NCBI GenBank assembly: GCA_051294375.1
Contig: CM119270.1
Coordinates: 6,448,369 to 6,512,368 of the forward strand
Length of the DNA stretch: 64,000 nt
Direction: 5' to 3'
Origin: Paraspadella gotoi
Lineage: Eukaryota; Animalia; Chaetognatha
Positions 1 to 23,266 of the stretch are shown here, one piece after another. Each line of letters starts with the position of its first letter. The first letter of the stretch is position 1. Both the position numbers and the translations under genes were made by a program. The notes under the pieces were generated by a model. That model saw only the letters and a list, made by a program, of their open reading frames with translations. It searched no databases and had not been told where the DNA came from.

Positions 1-55
1 CTTATTGTTAAATTGTTTCGATTTGATAAATGAAAGAAAAAAATGAGCGACTAGC

Positions 56-956
56 CTTGTGCACTTATTCGGATTTTTAGGCCGCGGGAGCTTCGTCGGA
101 ATAGGCGGGGGTCGAGGGCGGCAGGGACAGTCCCAAGTGCACTGGCGACACCGATCCTCGGGTTTCTGGTTGAAGGAGAATCAAATGAAACGTAATCTAT
201 AAAATTTATGTATAATTATAATATAGGCAATATAATAAAATTCAGGTATTTAGAAAGTCTAATTCTAATTCACTACCCTCAGAAGTTGATGAGCACGTCT
301 CTTTTTCTGCGATTACTTAATACTACCAGGAGATCCACCGAAACAGACAAAATAAATTGCACAGCTCTGTTACTACTTCGAATACAAATTTCATTGATAG
401 CGCAATACAATCATAAATCATAGTGCTTTTTATGTGTAGCATAATCTCATGGCTAACATAAATTGTCTACCCAGTATCCACATTAGTAAGCCTAAGCTCA
501 GGATGCTTTTTCAAGTAAGCGTAGTTAGCATAGTCAGGCATTTTGTTTTAAAAAGTTTTGAAAAGTTACGGCCACGTAATTGTGGGTGCTAATAAAACTA
601 ACCGGTTTTTGTATAATTTAAAATCCTTTTCATAAAAAAATCGAATAAAAAGTACAGATGCTACAACTTTTTCTTTGGTGTCAGTTTCCGGGGCTCTCCT
701 GCTACAAAAAGATTTTTTGACCCAATTTACCTCACCGAATCACTACGAAATGAAAACCACCGACCTTATAACTACAATACTCCTTTCAACCGACCCCATA
801 GTTTTCTTATCCCCGTCCCATCTCCAAACTGACCTGATCCGTGCAGAGTTCAAAGTCCGAAAACTTGTAAACGATGGGCATGTAAATAAGGATCTCCTCC
901 TCGAGAATGTCCTCCGCTTTCGGCGCCTCCTCCTCCATGTCGAAATCGTCCCCCAT
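56..956 (-). CDS. 5' part of a spliced gene of unknown function, probably continuing past the left edge (exons 956-834 and 165-~56)
   Basis: ATG at 956 opens MGDDFDMEEEAPKAEDILEEEILIYMPIVYKFSDFELCTDQ, ending at CAG|GTCAGT (phase 0). Acceptor TTCTCCTTCAACCAG| at 165 continues in frame KPEDRCRQCTWDCPCRPRPPPIPTKLPRPKNPNKCT. Both exons are GC-rich islands in AT-rich DNA. The second donor is uncertain (possible AAG|GCTAGT). No family recognised. Confidence 0.55.
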
Positions 957-1689
957 CTTGGATCTTGAAAATCTCTCCTCTCCGCAGATTTAGTTGTTCT
1001 TATGTTTTTTGTTTTGTTTTTTTTTTCTCTAATTTTTTTTTAGTTTCTTATTCGCCGAATTTTCTCGTTGATGATAATACTTGACACTTTTCTTGGTTTA
1101 CGAAAAACTACCTGTCTTGCGTTGATTCATTTATTCTTAACTTTCAATCTCAAATATAAAAAAAAATATTAAGTTATGAAGTTTAAAACCACAAATTCCG
1201 CGTTTATGTTTCTTAGATCAACGGCTGCCAAATGTTTATTCTTCTCTAACTAATGATTCTATTGATTCAGTTTTTATTGCAATAAAATATTGTAGCGTTG
1301 ATAAACGCTTTTCCGGGGCGTGTAATATTAATGCCGCTACCAAAAGACGGCTATCTCAATCCAATGTTTTCATGAAAAATTCAATAGGACTGATTTAGTT
1401 GAGCAATCAGAGATCCTAACGCAAAACATTCTCGTCCTTATCTGTTGGATATAAATAATTACGTTCAATGAAATTTATAAAAAAAAAAATCTTAGTTTAA
1501 TCTGAGTGCATTTTTTTTTACGGAAGTGATGTTTATAAACACTTAGACATGGATTAATGTACAAAAAAGAATTTACATAATACAGGGATGGCTTTACAAA
1601 AATATATTGTAATTTTTACATTGGATCTGAAAACAGAGATTCAAATTCTATTATAGTTAATATTACGTATTTACAAAAAAAAGCCAATT

Positions 1690-3879
1690 TTACAAATTGA
1701 AATTCTTGTTGATGAGGAAGACGAGCGACGCGACGAAAACGACGATAAAATCGAGGAAGTTTTGACGGGCGACGTTTTGGATCCCGTGTTCGAAAACGGG
1801 AACGTTTTCACTGAATTTAAATCGTAATTAAGTTGATATATTATATATATAAACTAGATCCGCTTGATATCATTTTCCTTCATTCTTGGATGGATTGGAG
1901 GATGAAGGGAAGGTAATAACTAAGAGATAGATAGATAGATAGATAGATAGACAGATAGATAGATAGATAGATAGATGTTCGTTTGATCGATTGATTGATT
2001 TCTCACCTCGTGCACAACTCGTTTCTTTCGTCAGAGTTGTCGCCGCAGTCGTTGACTCCGTTGCACAACTGATCCGTTCGAAGGCATCTGGAAGTCAGAC
2101 AAAATTTGTAATAGTTTGTATGCACGCTTATGTTTAGAAGATTATAAGTTAAGTGATCATTAGTTTGTTCAATTGTATTTCCAATTATAAAACGGGATTA
2201 TTTCAATGGGATGTAAACGATAAGCATAATTACTGGTCATCATTTTATTCAAATTAGTTTATCTCTCTTCTCTCATCTCTCATCTACTTAACCCTTTCAA
2301 TTCCCTAAAATTATCATTATCATAATATCATTCCATAAAATTAGCTATGTATGTATGTCTGTCTTCCGCTATTTATCAGTCCATTTTCGTTTATAGAAAT
2401 TTTTGGTGGCTGGACCCCTCGACCTACTTGAATTTATTCCTGCACTGAAAGAGCAGAGCAGGGCAGCGCTGCTCCTGCTGCGGAATGTAGTCGTCCACTT
2501 TGGTGCAGAGCCGCATTCCGCAGGGATCCACGCAGCAATTTTCGTCGGGGGCGCAGTCGGTCGGTATGGAGCACGTGACGCCGCAAAAGACGTCGTTGTA
2601 CTGGAGGAGGAGGGCAGGAGGAGGAGGAGGAGGAGATGAAGGAGGAGGAGGAGGAGGGGAGGGAGAGAGAAGGAAGATGGGAAAAAGAGGGGAAGGGTAA
2701 AATGAGAAGAGAATCAGAGGAAGGGAAAAAGATGTGAATTGTAGAAAAATACAGCCAATACAGCAACAACAACACAATACCATCGAGAAAAAAGTAAACC
2801 AAAAAATGATTGAATGAATTATTGAATTATCAAATGTTTGAATAATTGTGAAATGCTTTATTAAATTTAGACAAGCAATGAATGAAAGAAAAGCAATAAC
2901 TCCTCGAGACTTTACTGGTTGTTTAATATTTTTTCTTCCGTCTCAGATAAATTTCCGCCATCTGTTTTACGTCGGATATCAAAAGCTTCGATCTCTCCCC
3001 AGAGATGTAATCATTTTTATATCTTTTTTATATTCTATCTTTTATCTCTTTCTCCCTCACTTTTTTATTCTAATCTTTTTTATTTTTTACTTTTTTCTTT
3101 TACTTTTTGTTTTACCCATTTCTCATATTCTTCTCATTACATCTGCCTCTTCCTTTCATCTTCGCTCATGGACTTTTATTTTATTTCGGATTTTCTCTTC
3201 TTCGTCTTTCCTTTGTCTTTCTTTTCTTTTCTTTTCCTTTTCCTTATTCTTTTCTTTTTATGCTCATCCTCGTGTTATGTATCCCCCAACTCCTACGGGG
3301 CCTTTCGTCCACCGACGATTTAAGCCTGACCGGAATTTCCAAAAATGGAGACCCGGGTTGAGAGAATTAAAAGAAGGCAAGCTGCTGAGGCGAAATCGGG
3401 GCTACACAATAATAAACTGCACCGGGTTACGAATTGAATATCTACTCGTTCAACGAATAAAAGTACTTAATATAGTTAATGGAGAAAGTCTGTGGCTCTC
3501 GCCACTAGCGTCAGTTGTTATTGTTGAAATGTTTCCTACGAATATCGATCTCAGAAAAGAAAAAATATAGGAAGACGGAACGAACTTTTATGAAGCATCA
3601 AAAAAGTCTCGTGAGAATTTTTGGGGAAAAAGCTGCTTCGCTTGCTTATATTGTTCCTTTGTTTGGTTGTTTTTTTAAAATTTTTTGCGCAGTTACCAAA
3701 AGTAATAGACATTGCATTGCTCTCATTTTTTTAATTGGGAAATTCTAACGATAAACAATTAGAACAGTACGATTTTTCAGATGATTCATAATTCAAAAGT
3801 CTGAACAAAATATTAATTATGTCACGATTTATTCGACTAATTGGCTTTAAGAAATCAATTGAGTGGGAGAGGCAGAACA

Positions 3880-3959
<80 letters not shown>

Positions 3960-5728
3960 AGAGAGAAGAGAGAGAGGAGAGAGTTCTGAGGGTGATAATG
4001 AATGTTAGATATGTCGTCATCGAGCGCAACCTTTGACTTCTGGTTTCGCTACTTTTCACCTTTCGATCGCTCGAACACGATTTCGGAAAAAGTCACAACA
4101 TGGATTTCATCAAGTATATATACAAGAATTGATGACAAATTGACAATGTGGGATCATGGCAGAACTTTAACTTTAACAATTAAACCACCAGTATGAACGA
4201 GAACCAAAGCTCAAAGCTCAAATCATAAATCCGAAATCCCGAATTCTAAATCCCCAAATCCCCAAATCCCCAAATCTCCAAATCCCCAAATCCCTCTCAC
4301 CATGATGTTCTTGAGATACTGGGAAGTCGTCGTCCTCCTCAGCCGACATTCCGCCTCCGTCGGCGTCTTGACAACCAACGGGTCCTTTGGCACCTCGTTG
4401 CAGAATCCAACGTTCTTAGGGCAGATGCCTCGTTGAATGCCCCACTTGACGAGATCGTAATCCTGTTGGACGGTTTATGGTTTGGATATGATAAATTATG
4501 CCAGTTTAAGCGAAATATCCTAGATGACTGGCTATACTATGGTGGACCTTTTGGCGGTCTAATGCACTATTACTGAAACAGCCTTTTCTAATATAGAGAA
4601 ATAACGTCACTGCAGACACTTTTCGGTTTAAAAACAATGTTGAAAGTTGTGTATTGAGAAATGAGTATTTGCTACAAACTTATGAACCATAAACCTTTTA
4701 CGTAATTATGAAATTGGTACAACCAAAAAAAAAATTATCCATTCTTTCAATTAATAAGCTATCTTGCTCCTGACTTTGGACAGGCCTTGGTGATTTAAGG
4801 CCTCCATCAATCTAACAAGATGATAGCAGGCTTTCAATCTCTCTATCTTTCAATCTCTTTCACAGCAAATTATAAATTCATCGATGCCTTAATAAAAACT
4901 TTTCTTCTTTAAATTCACCTGATAATCGCGAAACTTCCAGGTTTCGAAAGCGTATTTTTCGTTTTCTGTCTCCTTCTGTCCTGACGTCAATCCCCAACAG
5001 AAAACGAAGCAAAGGAAACACGAGATCGTCAAATCCATCACCTATCTTGTTTTTTTTGTTCCACGAAAAAGTTTTTTGTTTTGTTTTGTTTTAGCTTTTT
5101 TGTTTTGTCTTTTGTGCGACTGGAATCGCCTGTCTGAGCAGAAAGCTTTTCTTTAGGACTGACCTCGACGACTTTTAAATAAAGCGTCGAACAATGACGA
5201 ATTAAAAACAATTTCGACAATGATTCGTTTGTTATATGTTTTCTGTACTTACTTATACTTTTCCTTGGTTGGTTACAGACGATGTAAGTTTACTCTTTTA
5301 GTTTATTTTAGTTTCGAAATGAGTCAAGTTCCAAAGAAGAGGTAAGTTCGTTGAAAACAGGTTCTCGGAATCAGGGCGTAGTTGCAACGAGGAAGAAGAG
5401 AAATAGTATTGAGATTGACAGAGAGAAGGAAGAGGAATTTTTCGGAAGAGGAATTTTTCGGAAGAGGAATTGAGTAAGTTAAATTTTTTTGAAAAATTAT
5501 TAGGCTTTTGTTTTCCTCAATAATAAAAGAATTAAAACGAATTTCAATGCGGCTGTAAGAACTTATATTTATTTAAGATTCGTGGAATATTGGTTACATA
5601 AATACAATTAAATAGGTGTACAATACGAATACGGAATTTTCATGCAATCTCACAGACTATAAAGACAATTAGTGTGCTGGAAGCCAGAAAGTGTGTCAGC
5701 ATTGAAAAAAGGAATGAATGCAGAAAAA

Positions 5729-5788
<60 letters not shown>

Positions 5789-7407
5789 AAAAAGAAAAAA
5801 AGAAAAAAGTAAGAAAGAAAATAAAAAATAAAGAAAGAAACAAAAAAGGTAAAGGAAAAAAAGAAGAAATAATTAAACCAACGAGGGCAGAGCTCAAAAT
5901 CAAACGATTTAAATATTTAAATAAGGAAAAGCGAAAATTGAAATTTTCTAAAAGATAGGCAACAAGTAAAAACTCCGATTAGACTCGTTTTTTTCATTTT
6001 TTCATCGTTGTTTTCCAGACGAAAGGATTTTTCGGATGAGCCTCACCATCTCCGCGTCGCTGAGTCCAGATCGTTTGCCTTAAATAATCAGGATCGTGGG
6101 GAAGTTCCTATCTTTCTGTCTCTCTCTCTCTCTCTCTCTCTCGCAATTTGTAGTACTCTACGTTACTTTTATAAACTAATGGGGGCGCACACAAATAATT
6201 TTATTATTTACCTGGCGGTAAGACCCCGATGTGGCTTCGCAAAAACAGATCGCCCAAAGGGCTATTTTTCCTCCTCACGGTCATTTTTAGAAACATTTTA
6301 TCATCATCATCATCATCTCTCTCTTTTTCTCGCTCTCTCTCACCCATTTGTTGAACCGAACAACTTCCACTCACGCATCCCAGTTTGATCCCGTAGGCTT
6401 CATCGTGTGCTGAGCGTACAAAGTGAATTGGTCAATCAATCAAGTAATAGCTCAATAATTCAATCAGTCAATCAATCACTCAATAATTAGATTACCTAAT
6501 TATTTTATTATGAATACCTAAATAAATCCAACGTTTAAATAACCCCCCCAAAAAAATAACTATGTAAGTTTAATACAATGAACGCGTAAAAGATGAGAGA
6601 AAGTAAATTCTATGAATCCATCACTCAGTCTCACTGATGCCGCTGCAATCTCCGTTCGAGCTGCAAGGATAACTTTGGCAAAAGTTGGAGATGCAGATTT
6701 GCTTGGAGGGACATTCCTTGCTGTTCATCACGCAAATCTAAGGAAATGGGAAGGAGGGCGGGCGAGAGCATTATCTTTGACATTATCTTTTTCTAGATCG
6801 TACGACACGTAATTTATAATAATATAATAATAATAATAATATCAACAACAACTAAATTTAAATGTTTCAATGATAAAAGAAATATCCACTTTATCAACGA
6901 ATTATCCTTCAAAAAAGAACAAAATGTCACAACCGATTTGCTTTGTTTATTTTGTTTGTCTGGATTTTTTTCCTTTCTTTTAAATTTGATAACTTTTGAC
7001 ATTCGTTTCCCTCGATTTGATACGGAAACTAGGAGAGTCAATAGCGGTTACGAAGTGTGTGGTTTGACACTTTAATATATAAAGCGTTCGAGGAGCAAAC
7101 TTCACAGAAAGACTAGAAAGTAAAGAGGAAAGAAAATAAATAGAAAAAGAAAAAAAGGAAAAAAAATTGAAAAGAAAATAAATTTAAAAATAGGAGAAAA
7201 AAAAAGAAGAAAACAAGTTCAAAATAAGATTTAAAGAAATATAAAAAGATTTAACGTATGGTTGTTATAAGCTTAGTTTATCGAGACAGTCAGAATTAAT
7301 GAAATAATAATTGATTTAAGATTAGTTGGCATTCGCCTCACCTGACCAGAAACGCCGCCGGCGACGAAAATCAACGCCAGGACGAAAATCACGAATTTCG
7401 CCGTCAT
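1690..7407 (-). CDS. Secreted or membrane-anchored Cys-rich protein with WAP-like and LDL-receptor class A domains, ~281 aa (exons 7407-7342, 6737-6635, 6409-6375, 6078-6047, [5263-5253], 4980-4919, 4462-4301, 2600-2428, 2087-2007, 1810-1690)
   Basis: Signal peptide MTAKFVIFVLALIFVAGGVSG; Cys-rich ICVMNSKECPSKQICISNFCQSYPCSSNGDC; WAP-like CGVTCSIPTDCAPDENCCVDPCGMRLC; LDLa [38 protein letters not shown] with the DCxDxSDE motif; hydrophobic C-terminus FLDFIVVFVASLVFLI then TAA. GT-AG junctions are phase-compatible if the 11-nt exon is included. A probable 5' UTR donor (GAAAG|GTAATA) lies near 8000. Confidence 0.85.
4704..4839. repeat. Dispersed repeat family, copy 1 (others at ~36584-36719 and, partially, ~54577-54634)
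   Basis: Shared core AATTGGTACAACCAA..AAAATTATCCATTC..AATAAGCTATCTTGC..TGACTTT..CAGGC.TTGGTG.TTTAAGGCCTCCATCA.TCTAA..GCAGG..CTTTCAATC aligns by eye between copies. Confidence 0.8.
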
Positions 7408-7756
7408 CTTCTTAATTAGATAAAAAAGAGTAAACAATGCATTAAACCGGGTAAGGACTTTGCTAAGTCGTTTCACAGTGAATCTTGATTGTATAAGAAT
7501 TTAAATTATTAAATAACTATGTCCTAGTTGTAATTAAAAATAATATTTGAATTAGGTCAAGTTGGTCACAGGCGTTGTAGTGAGGAAAGGGAGTTTAGTT
7601 CACTTGTTCTTTTCTCCATCCAAGCATCACAATACTTTACACATTATTTTTTTATAGTTTTATATTACACTAGCATCATCATGCAATTATGTATAATGTA
7701 AATTGTCACAGAAAGTTTGATTTGGAGTATGACAACGATTTGATTTTATTAGCAAA

Positions 7757-7799
7757 AACAGACATGTTTCGGCTTTGCTTGCAAGCCTTCATCGGCGTT
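7757..7799 (-). ncRNA. Minimal type I hammerhead ribozyme motif, inverted copy with a core variant
   Basis: The minus strand reads AACG-CCGATGA-A-GGCTT-GCAAGCA-AAGCC-GAAA-CATGTC-TGTT: perfect helix II, but CCGAUGA in place of CUGAUGA. Confidence 0.7.
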
Positions 7800-7840
7800 A
7801 ACATTTGTGATTTTTAAATTTATTTTTGTGTAAAAATGTT

Positions 7841-7884
7841 AACGCTGATGAAGGCTTGCTAGCAAAGACGAAACATGTCTGTTT
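7841..7884 (+). ncRNA. Minimal type I hammerhead ribozyme motif
   Basis: AACG-CTGATGA(7845-7851)-A-GGCTT-GCTAGCA-AAGAC-GAAA(7870-7873)-CATGTC-TGTT: both core boxes, helix II with one mismatch, palindromic ACATGT helix III and a GUC cleavage triplet. Confidence 0.75.
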
Positions 7885-8815
7885 TTGCTAATAAAATCAA
7901 ATCGTTGTCATACTCCAAATCAAACTTTCTGTAACTACTTCAAACAACGAAAAAGAAAGGATTTATATCATAATGTAAATTGTCAAAACATAATATTACC
8001 TTTCAAATCGTTGAAAAAAAAAACTGCGGAAGGGAGGTAATTTTTTTTCAAAAATTGTTTCTTTGACGAAGGCAACTTCACAAGAGAAAAATAAAACAGT
8101 GAGAGGGTTCGCGAGAGAGGAGGAAAAGGAGGAGGAGAAAGATGAGGAAGAGGAGGAAAAAATGAGGAGGAGGGGGAGAGACGGAAGAGGAGGCGATGAA
8201 AAAAAGGAGGAGGAAGGAGAAAAAAAAACTTGTTTACGAAGCTAAGTTTAATTATTACTATCTAACTCAAATTCGTGAGAGAGTTTGTATAAAAGCGATG
8301 CCATCAAGATGAATACGAGTATTTATAAATGTAGTAATGTACCAATGCAAGCAATCAATGTGAAAAACTACAAACGTGCATTTCTTGACGTTGTCAAACG
8401 ATAAGAAAATGTTTCCTTTTTTTTTTTTTTCGAAAGGGACAAAATGTTTCTCTCCGATTTTCTCAGCCTCATTTCGACGAGGATTTATAGCTGGTGACCG
8501 TTGACCCTTAAAGAGACATAAATACACATTAACAATTAAACCCAAAAAAAGTAACAATTTAACTTATGGATAAGGCGCTAAGTAGGCTGAAGACTACTAT
8601 CCGTAACTTCTATGCCCCCTTAGCAGTCATGGAACGGGTCCTGGTTTTGGAACCAGGCTGGAGGGCTTTCCGCGCTCCCAAGGCGGCTCACGGCCGTCCT
8701 CACGCTTCCCGCAGGGTAGGTACCAGGTTGGGATTGAACCCGGTACTTGGTGATCATGAGCCGATGGGTATACCGGGTCACGATTGAAGGAGTCGTGCTT
8801 ATAGGCGGGGTGAAC

Positions 8816-19913
<11,098 letters not shown>

Positions 19914-19937
19914 TTTTCTCCCGGGGACAGATTTTCC

Positions 19938-19950
19938 GTTGCTAAGATAC
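19938..19950. promoter_or_regulatory. Candidate RFX X-box upstream of the MDM1-like gene
   Basis: GTTGCTAAGATAC fits the X-box pattern and lies 25 bp 5' of the inferred ATG of a centriole/cilium-type gene. Confidence 0.5.
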
Positions 19951-20516
19951 AAAGAACTTTTAAACAAAAGACTTGAGTGGAAAGTTTAACCCATTCGACG
20001 GCGCTAGTGGTCTCTTAGAATTTCCGATTTGGAAAACTGTCATTTTGTTCATGAATGTGATTCGTCGGGGAGAAGAAAAATTAAGAAACTTGACGGAAAA
20101 CATAAACGTAAAAGTCAATTCTAATTTTCTTCTCTGATAATTTTGTTAAATTTTGATGCTTTTTCTCTTTTTAAGTTTCTATTTCAATCTTACGAAAACT
20201 GGCAAGATTAAAATATAAAAAAAAGCTCAACTATTTAAAAACTAAGAAAAAAAAAGGTTTGTGAACAATCGAGAAGAATTTTGATCCTTTTCAAAGATAA
20301 AACTGTTTTTCTCTGATTCACTCTTGTTTACGAACATAAAACTTTTTTTCACTTTCATTTTTCTTTAAAAAAATTTCAAACACGCGAAATATCGATTCGA
20401 AAAAAAAGTATAGTAATCATCATCCGACAAAATTCGTAAAAAGAAAAAGAATAAAAAAACTTGAAGGGAAAAATCTCTCGAAACTCCACGGGATTAAATT
20501 TAAACGAAGTCGGGTT

Positions 20517-21771
20517 ATGGACCAAACGGAAGGTAGACGCTATAAAAAAAAACAACAAAAAACCAACAAAAACTTCCTTTTTATTTGTGTGTGTGTGTTT
20601 GTTGAAAAAAAACAAAAACAAACTACAATCAGGTTGTATTGTGTACTTATTTGTGCAAATATTTCTAGCTAAAGTTTAGTCTATAACTTGGATCATGACT
20701 TCCCAATTCCCATGTTCCCAACTGTTTTTCGTTTCTATCGCCAATCATTTACCTTGCCTTGCTCTAAAGTTCATTTCGTATCTTGAATCATTTCTTTTTC
20801 ATTTCCTTCCTACTTTTTATTTATTCCCGATTCTCTGATTACTTTTTTTTTCCCCACCTTCCAACTTCCACCTCCCCCTTTATTCACTTCCCCCTGCGCC
20901 CCCCCTTTCCACCCTCCAGAGTGGTTCTACATCAGGAGTCGACTCAACGGCTTCGTGCTGGAGGAGATGGGGAAGGGAGAGGAGTTGATGTTGAACCCGG
21001 AAGCGGGGAGGGCGGGGCAGCGCTGGAGGTGGAAAGGAAATTCTCTCGTCAGTCAAAACGATCTGGCCATCGATCTCATGGTAAGGGAGGGTTGGTCACC
21101 TCATGGTAAGAGAAGGTGGGTCACCTCATGGTAAGAGAGGGTGAGTCACCTCATGGTAAGGGAGGGTGGGTCACCTCATGGTTCAGAGATGAGTGAGTAA
21201 GTCATGCTAATTTTTTAAAATAAACAAATTAAAAACATAATTGTGAGATGCAAAGTTTAAATTGACTTTACGCTTGGGATATATAACGATTTTGATTTAA
21301 TACAAATAATACGAAAAACAAGTTTTTAACTGAGGATGTGAAGACATTAAACATTTTTGTAGAGTTTGTTTTGCACGTTTTTAGCATTTTTTTATATTTA
21401 AAAAAAACTTTTAAGGGTTTTAAATATCTTTTCGCCATGATGAACGAGGAAGCAAAGGCGAGATCTCGGGGATGATCCAATGGCGCGATTATTTAAAATC
21501 CAGTTACATCAGATGATCTTTTGTTTGTCAACGAAATTTGGTTTTTCGCTTTCTTCTATTTATTCTTCAGTTTTATTCATTGTTTTATTCTCTCAGTTTT
21601 ATGTTCCCTGGTCCCCGGAAAACCGCGTAAAAAATGATTCCACGAAAACAAAAGAACAAAAGCCAACTTTTAAAATGAAAAAAAATCTTTTTTAACTTAG
21701 TGGGAATGAAAAATCGTAAAAAATCACGAGCGAAGGGCCGAAGCAACGGTCGTTTTTTTCAGTTTTCATTC

Positions 21772-21863
<92 letters not shown>

Positions 21864-23165
21864 ACAAAAAAGTAAAATAAAGGTGGGAAAAAAGGAAAAG
21901 AAAGACAGGCGAAAAAAGGAAAAGAAAGAGAGAGATAAAGACGAAGAGGAAGTAAAGAAAAGCAGAGAACAAGGAGGAAGACAGAGAAGGAGAGAGACAG
22001 AGAGAGAGAGAGTACCCAGCTCTTTTTTTTTTTCCATTGTACTCGAACGTCAACGAGGGATCCTTTCCAATCAATTAAGGGGCCCATGGACGGGGATTGG
22101 AGCAACGGAGCCCTGATCATCGCCTGGCCGCCTCATAATGGAATTAATCAAATATGGAGGTAATTGCTTTTTTACTCCCGCTGCTCATTTGTTTGGCGAA
22201 AGCAGGTTTTTTTTCTATCGTGCTCTCTCGCTCGTTACTTTAAAATTAGTTTAAAGTTTAGTTCGGGTAGTATGTTTACTTTTTATTTTACTTCTTTCAG
22301 TTTAGGCTAATTGAGGTAGTTTTTCCTTTTTATTTTTGCCCTCTACTTTATTTTTAAAATTAGAAAATTGTCAAGTGCCATTTTCATTTTTTTAGGTTCA
22401 GCTTAGGTTTTAATCATTTACATATTAGTTTACATTCATTTATAGTCAGTTACTTTGCTACTTTTCCCGGCCCACGGACTCTTTCTTTTTAATTTCAATG
22501 CTCAGTTGTTTTTCTTGGGCGTAACGATTTCTTCGCTTTGTTTATGTTAATTCAATTTCTCTCTCGCTTTTGTTTTTGTTTGAATAATAAAATCTCTCCT
22601 TTTTTTTCTCTCTCGTTCGTAATTACATTAATTCTTTTCCGCAATTAATTTTTCATGACAAAACAATGAGGTTTTTGTCCCTTGCCCTTTAATTTCGAAT
22701 TAGATAGTTTGATTACTTAACATTATGAAAATAATAGAAAAAAGCAGGATATTTTTGTAATATTAATTTCAAAACCCACCGACCCTGGTCTCATTTTAAC
22801 GTTTTATTTTTCACTCTTAACTCTGGACTCTTTTTGTATTATCTTTTGCATTGAGAAATTAATAGTATCCGTTTGATCGTTTTCTACTCATTGATAGTCA
22901 TTTATCATCTATATATTAGGTTGTCAGCTCCTTTTCCTCAAATAAACTTTTCCTTTGTCATCCTTTATCCGTCTCGTTTGTCATCAGGTTCGACGCCGAG
23001 CGGCTGATCGATCTCGGAGGAACCAACTTCCTTCTCGAGGTCGAGGGTTCCAATCCTATCGCCGCCACTCGAGTCGTGGCCGGGCTCGATCGGGGGACCC
23101 AGAGTCAATTCTGGTCACTCGATCCGATTGGGGAAGTCAATACGGTGGAGGGGGAGGGAGAGTGA
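20517..23165 (+). CDS. Ricin-B (R-type, beta-trefoil) lectin, ~144 aa, no signal peptide (exons 20517-20532, 20920-21080, 22080-22159, 22988-23165)
   Basis: Spliced frame MDQTEEWFYIRSRLNGFVLEE...AGQRWRWKGNSLVSQNDLAIDLM|GPMDGDWSNGALIIAWPPHNGINQIWR|FDAERLIDLGGTNFLLEVEGSNPIAATRVVAGLDRGTQSQFWSL has three QxW repeats. All junctions are GT-AG and phase-compatible. The first exon and stop are less certain. Confidence 0.85.
21075..21185 (+). repeat. 25-bp tandem repeat (~4.5 copies) spanning a splice donor
   Basis: Unit CTCATGGTAAGRGARGGTDRGTCAC; GTAAG starts at 21081, 21106, 21131 and 21156. Confidence 0.9.
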
Positions 23166-23176
23166 GAGGGGTAAGA

Positions 23177-23266
<90 letters not shown>

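Larger units (their letters stand above)
7709..7969. mobile_element. Penelope-like-element (PLE) type remnant: ~100-bp inverted repeat with a hammerhead motif in each arm, bounded by a 16-bp target-site duplication
   Basis: Arm ~7708-7806 (ACAGAAAGTTTGATTTGGAGTATGACAACG...GTTAACATTT) is nearly the exact reverse complement of ~7834-7932. ATAATGTAAATTGTCA occurs at 7693-7708 and 7970-7985. The PLE assignment is inferred from the hammerhead type and inverted arrangement; no RT ORF is present. Confidence 0.75.

Noticed and set aside
2848-3570. 240-aa plus-strand ORF in an intron of the WAP/LDLa gene
   Set aside because: Mostly a T-rich low-complexity tract giving F/L/S runs; no domain signature.
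8720-8760. GGTTCAATCCC (B-box-like, minus strand) as a tRNA or SINE
   Set aside because: No cloverleaf or convincing A-box at the expected spacing.
21692-22120. ER-, SL- and KKER-repeat ORFs here and throughout the window
   Set aside because: Translations of (GA)n, (CT)n and (GAAA)n microsatellites.
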